From Candidatus Thorarchaeota archaeon (GTDB taxonomy: Archaea; Asgardarchaeota; Thorarchaeia; Thorarchaeales; Thorarchaeaceae): DNA of 46,529 bases. A model generated the notes under the pieces. It was not told the origin of the DNA. It did not search any database and saw only the letters and a list, made by a program, of their open reading frames with translations. Made by a program: the position numbers and the translations under genes. Every line of letters begins with the position of its first letter. Position 1 is the stretch's first letter. The stretch lies in NCBI GenBank assembly GCA_018238375.1, contig JABCTJ010000038.1, forward strand, positions 1-46,529, given 5' to 3'. Below are positions 37,489-45,612 of the stretch, piece by piece.

Positions 37489-38655
37489 ATGACAGAAACT
37501 CCACCACGTGGTCACTCTTATTTTGGTTTTGAACAGGGTCCTATACGGCCCCCAAACGAGGCGCATAGCCTCCTCCTGCGTGTGACTAGGAACTGCCCGT
37601 GGAATCGCTGCACCTTCTGCCCAGTATACAAGGGGGCACGGTATTCGAAACGTTCAGTAGACCATGTGAAGAAGGACATTGACTTAGTCCACAAATGTGT
37701 GGGAATCCTCCAAGGGATTGCTGAGGAGTACGATGGCTTACCAACAGCGCAGGTCAGAAATGCAACTGACAATCTTGATTCAGAGGAATGGGCGGCATTT
37801 GATAGTGCCTTTAGATGGTTTAGAGCTGGAATGAGTTCCATCTTTCTGCAGGATGCAGACAGTCTGACAGTGCGGCCATCGGAATTGATTGAGATTCTGA
37901 AGTACATTAGAATCCGCTTTCCTTTCGTGAATCGTGTGACATCCTATTCTCGTTCGAGCACAATAGCGAGGATAGATGAGGAGGACTTGAAGGCGATAAG
38001 AGAATCAGGCTTAGATAGAGTCCATGTAGGTCTCGAGTCCGGATCTGACAACGTGTTGAAGCTGGTCAAGAAAGGGGCGACTAAGGCCATTCACATTAGC
38101 GCAGGCCTGAAAGCCAAGAGAGCGGGGTTGGAGCTCTCAGAATACGTTATGCCAGGTCTTGGGGGAGTACGATTGTCAGAAGAACATGCGTTAGAAACAG
38201 CGGATGCGCTGAATCAAATCAATCCGGACTTCATCCGGTTCAGACAGCTGGCAATCCCAATCGTTGCACCACTCTCGAAGGACCATATGGAAGGACGCTT
38301 TGAGAAATGCACAGATATGATGGTAGTGGGTGAACTCCTTACACTGATTGAAAACCTGAAAGGGATTACAAGTATTGTCAAGAGCGATCACATACTGAAC
38401 CTCTTCTCAGAAGTGGAAGGAACTCTCCCTAAAGACAAGGAGAAGATGCTTGAGCCATTGCGGGCATTCCTTGTGATGAACCCCAAGAAACAGCGTCTGT
38501 ACCAGATAGGCCGAAGAATCGGAGTCTTCTCAACCTTGAAAGACATGAATGATTCAGTGAGGGTTGTTCGTGTCCAAGAAACCTATGATGCGCTTGGTGT
38601 CACTGCTGAAAACATCGACCACATAGTAGAGGAGCTAATGAAACGCTTCATCTAG
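37489..38655 (+). CDS. Radical SAM protein (EQGPIRPP.EA family, Cx4CxxC motif)
   Basis: FEQGPIRPPNEA.SLLLRVTRNCPWNRCTFC, FLQDA, HVGLESG.D, SEYVMPGLGG, SDHILNL. Confidence 0.88.
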   Translation: MTETPPRGHSYFGFEQGPIRPPNEAHSLLLRVTRNCPWNRCTFCPVYKGARYSKRSVDHVKKDIDLVHKCVGILQGIAEEYDGLPTAQVRNATDNLDSEEWAAFDSAFRWFRAGMSSIFLQDADSLTVRPSELIEILKYIRIRFPFVNRVTSYSRSSTIARIDEEDLKAIRESGLDRVHVGLESGSDNVLKLVKKGATKAIHISAGLKAKRAGLELSEYVMPGLGGVRLSEEHALETADALNQINPDFIRFRQLAIPIVAPLSKDHMEGRFEKCTDMMVVGELLTLIENLKGITSIVKSDHILNLFSEVEGTLPKDKEKMLEPLRAFLVMNPKKQRLYQIGRRIGVFSTLKDMNDSVRVVRVQETYDALGVTAENIDHIVEELMKRFI

Positions 38656-38672
38656 TGATGTGCACATTATTT

Positions 38673-39575
38673 TCAGGATAGGCCTTCGATAGCTAAGAGG
38701 ACCTCGTCAGCCTTCACCTTCAATTCATCCAAGGCCAGTTCCTCAGGGGGGATGCCCATGGCAAGTCCTAGGAGTTGCGGATAATGAAGGACCGGCATGT
38801 TGTAGGTTTCATCGAATGGTTTGCCAGCCGGCTCCTGATTAGAGTCAAACATCAGGTGGCAACTGGGACAGATTGTTACTAGCGCCTGTGCTCCAGCGTC
38901 TTTGACATGATTCATCTTCTTTCGAACTTGACTCAGAGGTACGTCTGTATCGACACCTATGACCATGCTTCCACAACAATCCTTCTCACCCTCATATCTC
39001 GCATCAGTAGCACCAGTTAATTCAATCAGCTCGTGCAAGAAAGTCGGATTTTCTGGATCTTCGAACTTCATGTGAGCAGCGGGCTTCAGGACGTGACAGC
39101 CGTAGTGACCAGCAATTCTGAGACCTGATAGGGGGCGTTTGATGAGCTTTCTCAGTTTTTCGATTCCAATGTCCTCAAGCAGTACTCTAGCGAAATGCTT
39201 GATTTTTATCGTACCCTTGAACTCTCGGTCGATCTCCTTCAAGTACTTGTTAATTTGGTCCCGAACCTCCGAGCTCTCTTTCATGACACTGTTGGTCTTG
39301 GTGAGGGCCCCAGCACAACCAGAACATATTGTAATAATATCAAGACCCTTCTCTTCCGCAATTGTTATGTTTCTGGCCGCCATAGACAGCGCCATGTCTC
39401 GATTTATGGCTTCAATTGGCAAGCCACAGCAATTGACTCCATCCATGTCTACTAACTCAATTCCCAGTTCCTTACAAACACGCCGTGAGGCTATTTCGTA
39501 GCTCGCCTCGCGAAATGGAGTCACGCAACCAAGGAAGAAGGCGTACCGTTTCTTTCTGGTCTTTTTCTTGGTCAT
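38673..39575 (-). CDS. hdrB: Heterodisulfide reductase subunit B (copy 2)
   Basis: Two CCG domains: FLGC, NCCG, AARN, CSGC, HYGCH, DCCG, CPSCH, PVLHYPQLLGLA. Confidence 0.93.
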   Translation of the reverse strand: MTKKKTRKKRYAFFLGCVTPFREASYEIASRRVCKELGIELVDMDGVNCCGLPIEAINRDMALSMAARNITIAEEKGLDIITICSGCAGALTKTNSVMKESSEVRDQINKYLKEIDREFKGTIKIKHFARVLLEDIGIEKLRKLIKRPLSGLRIAGHYGCHVLKPAAHMKFEDPENPTFLHELIELTGATDARYEGEKDCCGSMVIGVDTDVPLSQVRKKMNHVKDAGAQALVTICPSCHLMFDSNQEPAGKPFDETYNMPVLHYPQLLGLAMGIPPEELALDELKVKADEVLLAIEGLS

Positions 39576-40108
39576 TTCGTTTCATCCTCTTCCAGCAATG
39601 CCTTGAGTCCTGTTAGCTCTGCCAGCTTCTCCACTTCCGCCATGTTTGGCGCCGGCAGCGACGGAAGACCCTTTGCATCCCTCTTTTTCCTTCTGAATCC
39701 TGAGGTTTGATACGCGAAACCTGATTCTAGGACGCTCTTAGCATTCTCTCGATAGGCATCTGGACCAATGCCATCTTCGTAAGCCAGGTTCTTTAGACCA
39801 CTCAGAATGTCTGTTACATCAATGCCCTGAGGACATCTCTCTTGGCAGGTGTAGCAAGATGTGCATCGCCAAATCATATCGGTTTCGAGAACTTCTTTCA
39901 TGCCCAAGAGAAGCATTCTCATAATTTCGTGTACCTGGATGGACACTTTTTCATTAACAGGACATCCAGCAGTACACTTTGTGCACTGAAAGCATACTGT
40001 TAGGTCCTTGCCCCCAGTCAGTTTCTTGACTACTTCTATGAAATCAGGAGCAGCAATCTCAATGGTTTTTCCCTTGAAGGATGTGAAAGTGCCCCAGCTT
40101 TTAGTCAA
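39572..40108 (-). CDS. hdrC: Heterodisulfide reductase subunit C (copy 2)
   Basis: CFQCTKCTAGCP and WRCTSCYTCQERCPQG. Confidence 0.92.
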   Translation of the reverse strand: MTKSWGTFTSFKGKTIEIAAPDFIEVVKKLTGGKDLTVCFQCTKCTAGCPVNEKVSIQVHEIMRMLLLGMKEVLETDMIWRCTSCYTCQERCPQGIDVTDILSGLKNLAYEDGIGPDAYRENAKSVLESGFAYQTSGFRRKKRDAKGLPSLPAPNMAEVEKLAELTGLKALLEEDETK

Positions 40109-40115
40109 TTAATCA

Positions 40116-43100
40116 TCATCTCCTTGGTCTCAACGGACTTGGCCCCAGTCTATCAGCAATCTCGGTCAGCTCCTTGACCTTCTCCGCCCAGATTGAACCT
40201 TCACTGGCGCTTATTTGGGTGAACTGAAGCCGCTCGGGTTCGAAGCCTGCTTTCTCGATTATCTGCTTAGCAATCTGAAATCTTCTATCAAATGCAAGAT
40301 TCCCGTCAACATAATGACAATCGCCGAAGTGGCAGCCCGAAATCCAGACCATATCCGCCCCGAGTCTAAAGGCCTCAAGAATGTGTGTCACGCTTACTCT
40401 GGCTGTACACATGACGCGAATATCACGTACTGTCGTTGGCTGTTGGAGCCTCGAAACACCGGCACTGTCGGCACCAGCATAGGAACACCAAGTACACACA
40501 ATCGTAAGAATCCGTGACTGGTCTGCAGGCATGTCTTCGAGTGCACTACGAATTTGTGCCATTATCTGATCGTCTGTGAAGTGCTTCATTGTAATAGCAC
40601 CAGCGGGACATGAAGCCCCGCATTTCCCACATCCTTGACAGAGGACTGGATTTGCGACTGCATAATCATGGCTGCCGTCACCGGGTACGACCTCGATTGC
40701 GCTGTACACACAGTTTACCTCGCAAGTACCACAGCCCACACATATCTCTGGATCTACTGTAGCAACTATCGCCTCAGCACTTCGTGTTCCACTGACAAGT
40801 GGAATGAGCGCCCTTGCAGCCGCGCCTCGACCCTGCGCAATGGCTTGTTGTATTGGTTTGGGTGCAGTGGCGCAACCAGCCACATACACACCATCAGTCG
40901 CGAAGTCGATTGGTCTGAGCTTTGGATGCGCTTCCATCAGAAAGCCCGACATATTCATTGTCACCTTGAACAACTCAGAAATCTGCTTGTTGGACTCAGG
41001 GGGAATCATTGCTGTGGCAAGTATCACATGGTCTACTTCCACAATAAGATCTGTCCCAAAAGCCATGTCGGGAATTGTGACTTTGATCGCCTTATTCTTC
41101 CCTTTTTTCACCACTGGCGGCGAGTCCCTATCATACTTGATGAAGACAGCGCCTTTCTGTCTGGCTTCACGATATCTGTCCTCCCCATCGTATGACACTC
41201 TCAAATCCCTGTAGAGATGAAATACATGTGATGCAGGATATCTTTCCAAGAGTTCTAGTGTGTGAGTAAGAGCAACATCACAGCAGATTCCAGAGCACCA
41301 CGTTCGGGAGCCTTCAATGGATTCTTCCTCCCGCGACCCAGCACAATGTATCACCATAAAGGTTTCACCATCGGTGATGCCATTGTCTTCAGCAAGTCGC
41401 TGACCAAACTGGCTTTGTGTAATGACCTCTGGCAGTTTTCCCAGACCGTAGAGGCCCTTTTCTTGAAGCTCAATTGCACCTGTTGCTACTATGACCACTC
41501 CGACATTCAATGTCCTATTCTTCTTTCCGCTCCGCACAGTCACTTCAAAGTCGCCTATTGCACCCTTGACATCAACAACCAGTGAGCTGAGAAGAAGCTC
41601 GATTTGAGAGCTGGAGTTCAACCGTTCTTCATGTTGTTTAATGATTTCTTGGCTGGAAACATTGTCGAAATTAACTGTGGGAAGCTGGTTCAGTAATCCT
41701 CCGACACGGTCCTCCTTCTCAACAAGATATACTTTGAAGCCCTTGCCAACAATGACCTCTGCCGCTGCCATGCCAGCAACTCCAGCACCAACTACGAGAG
41801 CAGCGGGCTCCACGCTGACCACTGCCTCTTCCTGTGCTTGATACAGGATAGCCTTTGAAACCGCCATCCTCACTAGATCCATTGCTTTGGAAGTGGCTTC
41901 ATCCTTGTCACTCATGTGTATCCAAGAGCAATGTTCCCTGATGTTTGCCAGCTCGAAGAGGTATTTGTTGAGGCCAGCCTCCTCCAGCGTCGCCCTGAAT
42001 AGTGACTCGTGTGTCCTTGGAGTACATGAAGCGACGACAACACGATTCAGCCGATGTTCCCTGATAGTGTCCTTAATCACTTCCTGAGCATCGGATGAGC
42101 ATGCATAGAGTAGATTTTCGGTGTAAACCACACTCGGTAGAGTTGCGGCGTATTTGGTTACTTCAGTCACATCAACATAGCCAGCTATGTTAATACCACA
42201 GGAACAGATGAACACACCAACCCTTGGCTCACCCGCTGCTAGTTCGAGATCAACCTCCGCAATCGCCTCAGTATCACTGGACTTGGGCAGGACTATGTCC
42301 AGTGTTGCCAGTGCAGCGGCAGCGCTGCCCTCAGCGACCGACTCAGGGATGTCCTTTGGCTTATTGCATGCCCCACACATATGGATACCTGGAACTCCAG
42401 TTTCAATACATTCTATCGTGTCACCGCCAGCATCGATGAAACCGTACTTGTCTGTATGTATTCCAAGCATCTGCATCAAGTCGGCGTTGTCATTTGGGAT
42501 CATTGCTTGGCATAACACCACAAGGTCATATCTGTCCTCAATCACTTTGTGTCCGGTTTCATCCGTATGACGAAGATGCAAATCACGAGTAGATGGATCT
42601 TCGCCTATATCGCTAGGGAGTCCCCTCACGTAGTTAATCCCGTAATCGGTTTCTCCCCTCACTATGAACTCTTCGAAGCCTTTGCCAAAGACCCTCATGT
42701 CGTTGTACAAAATGTCTATCTTGACTGTCGGATTATGCTCTATTGTAATCATGGCCTCCTTAGTGGCATAGGTACAACAGATCTTTGAGCAGTAAGCGCA
42801 ATGATTCACATCGCGAGAACCGACACATTGGACAAATGCAATCCTGTGAGGTTCTAGTCCATCAGAGGGCCGCATGACTACCCCTCCAGTCGGTCCACTT
42901 GCGCAGACCATCCGCTCATATTCCAGGGCTGTAACAACATTGGGGAGTACTCCGTAGCCATACTCCGGAACAGTCGAGGCATCAAGCATCTTGAAGCCAG
43001 TAGCAATGATGATCGAGCCCGCGTTAATCTCAACTATTTCATCAGATATATCAAAATCGATTGCTTCTGCTCTACAGCTCCTCACACAGGCCATGCATAG

Positions 43101-43571
43101 AATGCAATTCTCAATATCGATTGTTGCGATATTGGGTACCGCCTGTGGAAAAGGTATGTAGGCCGCCTTGCGCATCATCAGTCCCAGATTGTACTCATTT
43201 GGAACCTCGATAGGGCAAACACGTGCACATTCTCCGCATCCAGTGCACTTCACAGGGTCAACGCGTCGAGTGTGCCTCAGTACCTTGACTTTGAAGTTGC
43301 CCCGAGTGCCTGAAACCTTGGTGACTTCAGAGTGCACCAAAATCTCGATGTTCGGATGACGGGAGCAGTCAACCATCCAGGGTCCTTGTATGCAGATAGA
43401 GCAATCTAGCGTTGGAAACGTCTTGTCCAATTGGGCCATATGTCCTCCAATGCTTGCATTCTTCTCGATTAGAAAGACCTTGACTCCCATATCAGCAAGG
43501 TCGAGTGCGGCTCGCATCCCTGCTATTCCAGCGCCAATGATAACAACCGGTTTTGCTGCAGCGTCTGCCAT
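40116..43571 (-). CDS. hdrA: Double-module HdrA fused to a C-terminal MvhD (start MADAAAKP at 43571)
   Basis: GGHMAQLDKTFPTLDCSIC, CVGSRD, CSKICC, GVFICSCG, ASCTPRTHE, second GAGVAG, EAHPKLRP; MvhD motifs CTWCSYAGAD, RVMC, GCHFGDCHY..GN, ISASEG. Confidence 0.94.
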   Translation of the reverse strand: MADAAAKPVVIIGAGIAGMRAALDLADMGVKVFLIEKNASIGGHMAQLDKTFPTLDCSICIQGPWMVDCSRHPNIEILVHSEVTKVSGTRGNFKVKVLRHTRRVDPVKCTGCGECARVCPIEVPNEYNLGLMMRKAAYIPFPQAVPNIATIDIENCILCMACVRSCRAEAIDFDISDEIVEINAGSIIIATGFKMLDASTVPEYGYGVLPNVVTALEYERMVCASGPTGGVVMRPSDGLEPHRIAFVQCVGSRDVNHCAYCSKICCTYATKEAMITIEHNPTVKIDILYNDMRVFGKGFEEFIVRGETDYGINYVRGLPSDIGEDPSTRDLHLRHTDETGHKVIEDRYDLVVLCQAMIPNDNADLMQMLGIHTDKYGFIDAGGDTIECIETGVPGIHMCGACNKPKDIPESVAEGSAAAALATLDIVLPKSSDTEAIAEVDLELAAGEPRVGVFICSCGINIAGYVDVTEVTKYAATLPSVVYTENLLYACSSDAQEVIKDTIREHRLNRVVVASCTPRTHESLFRATLEEAGLNKYLFELANIREHCSWIHMSDKDEATSKAMDLVRMAVSKAILYQAQEEAVVSVEPAALVVGAGVAGMAAAEVIVGKGFKVYLVEKEDRVGGLLNQLPTVNFDNVSSQEIIKQHEERLNSSSQIELLLSSLVVDVKGAIGDFEVTVRSGKKNRTLNVGVVIVATGAIELQEKGLYGLGKLPEVITQSQFGQRLAEDNGITDGETFMVIHCAGSREEESIEGSRTWCSGICCDVALTHTLELLERYPASHVFHLYRDLRVSYDGEDRYREARQKGAVFIKYDRDSPPVVKKGKNKAIKVTIPDMAFGTDLIVEVDHVILATAMIPPESNKQISELFKVTMNMSGFLMEAHPKLRPIDFATDGVYVAGCATAPKPIQQAIAQGRGAAARALIPLVSGTRSAEAIVATVDPEICVGCGTCEVNCVYSAIEVVPGDGSHDYAVANPVLCQGCGKCGASCPAGAITMKHFTDDQIMAQIRSALEDMPADQSRILTIVCTWCSYAGADSAGVSRLQQPTTVRDIRVMCTARVSVTHILEAFRLGADMVWISGCHFGDCHYVDGNLAFDRRFQIAKQIIEKAGFEPERLQFTQISASEGSIWAEKVKELTEIADRLGPSPLRPRR

Positions 43572-43746
43572 TCCAGTGTATACTCCCTGCGTGAATGGAC
43601 CGGGAATCAGAAAATGGAGTAAAAACGTTTGTTGTCGCGCCATAGACCGAACAATGGCATTCATCCTCAGTGATTGGCGCCAATTTACGATGTTGAAGAG
43701 GGATGACCCATCGGACTTAATATTACGTGGATAACATATCAGAGTT

Positions 43747-43908
43747 ATGAAAGCCACCCGGCTGTACACCCGAGTCTATCTGTCGAGAATCCGGGAACGC
43801 TGTCCGGTGTGTGCAGAAGCTCCAGGCTGTCTGGAACTGACTGAGAAGGATATTCAAGCTCTCATGCAGGCAGTTCAGGAGAAACCACGTTCAGTGCATG
43901 GCGCTTGA
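43747..43908 (+). CDS. Putative 53-aa Cys-containing small protein (below the ORF-track cutoff)
   Basis: Reads MKATRLYTRVYLSRIRERCPVCAEAPGCLELTEKDIQALMQAVQEKPRSVHGA*; TTAATATTA at 43717-43725 is about 22 nt upstream; fills an otherwise empty gap. Confidence 0.55.
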   Translation: MKATRLYTRVYLSRIRERCPVCAEAPGCLELTEKDIQALMQAVQEKPRSVHGA

Positions 43909-43943
43909 TTGAACCAATCTTTTATTTCGGCTTCTTGTGACTT

Positions 43944-44864
43944 CTAGATCTTAATCCCGAGTCGCTCCCAGTTAGGCTGACTTTTCCTCTGCATGTATTG
44001 CAGGTGCGTGCCTAGCCCAAAATCCTCGGGACTATGTCCAAATGCCAGAGCAAGCAACTCAGTAACATGCATAATATCAAAGACATACTCTTCACCGAAA
44101 TATTTCTGAATCTCAACCTGTCCCAGATCTAGCTGTAGCAAACAGAACGGACAGGGCGTTACAATGATGTCGGCCCCTCCTGCGTCCGCGAGACTATCGA
44201 ACTTCTGCTTGGTGAATTCCAGTGATACTTTGACATCAGCAGTTCTAACAGCTCCGCCAGCACCACAGCAAATTAGTTCGTCCTTGTAAGGTACGTATGT
44301 AGCGCCTGATGCTTCACAGAGCTCTCTGAAAATGTGGGGTCTCTCGGACTCGTCCTTCTGCTTGATGAGTTTTGGTCTCATCCAGTGACATCCCGGGTGC
44401 AATGCCATCCGCACGCCCTTCAACGGTTGAATGACACGTTTCTGAATCTTCGGAAGGCCTGCTGTGTCATAAAGAGCGTCAACGTAGTGAGTGACCTCAA
44501 TGTTGCCTTTGAACTCGCGTCCAATCTCGGCAAGATTCTCGTTGACTGCCGTTCTCAGTTCTTCATCATGCTTCAGCTCGTGGTTTGCATCCCATAGACT
44601 GGCGAAACAGCCGTTGCACCCTGTAGTAATTGGATGACCGCCCTGTTCAGCAATCGTGAGGTTTCGTGCCGCAATACTAGCCCAGGTGACTCTGTCAAAT
44701 GAACCGAAGACTCCAGGTGCGGGGCAACACGTAGCTCCTACCATATCGAGGAGGTCCATGTCAAGATCCTCGAAGACTAGGTTGGTGGCCTTCTCAACGC
44801 AGGGGTAGCGATGTGGTGTGACGCATCCAAGGAAATGGTAAAATGCAGGTCGCTTCTTTGCCAA
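43944..44864 (-). CDS. hdrB: Heterodisulfide reductase subunit B (copy 1, methanogen-like)
   Basis: FLGC...RYP, TCCPAPGVFGSFD..TW...AARNL, CNGCF.SL, GCH, CCGAGG.VR, CPFC.LQ.D.GQ. Confidence 0.94.
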   Translation of the reverse strand: MAKKRPAFYHFLGCVTPHRYPCVEKATNLVFEDLDMDLLDMVGATCCPAPGVFGSFDRVTWASIAARNLTIAEQGGHPITTGCNGCFASLWDANHELKHDEELRTAVNENLAEIGREFKGNIEVTHYVDALYDTAGLPKIQKRVIQPLKGVRMALHPGCHWMRPKLIKQKDESERPHIFRELCEASGATYVPYKDELICCGAGGAVRTADVKVSLEFTKQKFDSLADAGGADIIVTPCPFCLLQLDLGQVEIQKYFGEEYVFDIMHVTELLALAFGHSPEDFGLGTHLQYMQRKSQPNWERLGIKI

Positions 44865-44870
44865 ACCAAA

Positions 44871-45503
44871 TCACTCCTTTTTCTGCGCCTTCTTCTCTTC
44901 AGCCTCTTTCTGGGCCTTCTTTTCTTCAGCCTTCTTCTTGGCTTTCTCCTTCTGAGCCTTCATGAACTCCTCGTAGCCAATCAACTTTTCAAAACCGCTC
45001 TTCTTTGTAATCTTCCTTATCTCGTCGATAGCCCATGGATTACCACTTGCATTTGGCGGCACTGGCTCAAGACCCACTTTTACCCTGAGATTTTGCCAGG
45101 ACTCTTTATCCAGGGGAACAGCATGTGCTGCTTCGACCACTTTGGCTGCCACTTTCTGGTGTGGCCCCAACATGTATCCCTCTGCAACGGCGATATTGCG
45201 AATCGCCTTGATGACATCAGTCGGTTTAACATCCTGAGGGCACCTGTCAGTGCAGGCGTAGCAGGTAGTGCAGTACCAAAGATCCGGTGAAGAGATGACT
45301 TCCTCCTTCAGGCCTAGCAGTGCCTTTCTGATTATGCATCTCACTAGGAAGTTCGTAAGGGCACCTGCAGGACAGCTACCGCTGCACGCTCCACATTGGT
45401 AGCAGTTCTGAATGTTGGGACCTCCGGTCTTCTTGATTATCTCTATGAACTCGAGGTCAACATCATCAATGTCAATTGCAGGTTTCTCTTCAGTTGTGGT
45501 CAC
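44871..45503 (-). CDS. hdrC: Heterodisulfide reductase subunit C (copy 1); GTG start at 45503
   Basis: CYQCGACSGSCP, LWYCTTCYACTDRCPQ, HAVP. Confidence 0.93.
   Translation of the reverse strand: MTTTEEKPAIDIDDVDLEFIEIIKKTGGPNIQNCYQCGACSGSCPAGALTNFLVRCIIRKALLGLKEEVISSPDLWYCTTCYACTDRCPQDVKPTDVIKAIRNIAVAEGYMLGPHQKVAAKVVEAAHAVPLDKESWQNLRVKVGLEPVPPNASGNPWAIDEIRKITKKSGFEKLIGYEEFMKAQKEKAKKKAEEKKAQKEAEEKKAQKKE
44874..44960 (-). repeat. In-frame tandem repeat encoding the Lys/Glu/Ala tail of HdrC
   Basis: KAQKEKAKKKAEEKKAQKEAEEKKAQKKE; AEEKKAQK occurs twice with a 27-nt period. Confidence 0.75.
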
Positions 45504-45612
45504 TGTAACGCACCGACTGCCCGCGGAGGCTTGAATCACAACCTTAAATCCATTGTCAAACGAGCGCGACTATGAAGGCAAAGACTCATTCGCGTCATCT
45601 CCATACTAGGCA

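Noticed and set aside
21202-43571. Selenocysteine (UGA) recoding in HdrA, MvhD or the hydrogenase, which is known in some Asgard archaea and methanogens
   Set aside because: All these ORFs are uninterrupted and have Cys at the usual Sec positions (ECSAC, DCSIC, CTWCSY, DPCVSC); no convincing SECIS seen
43572-43769. 66-aa N-terminal extension of HdrA-MvhD in the ORF track (similar extensions on acn, pcc1, psmA, znuB)
   Set aside because: Homology begins at downstream starts, mostly with RBS-like motifs; the extensions overlap promoters or neighbouring genes
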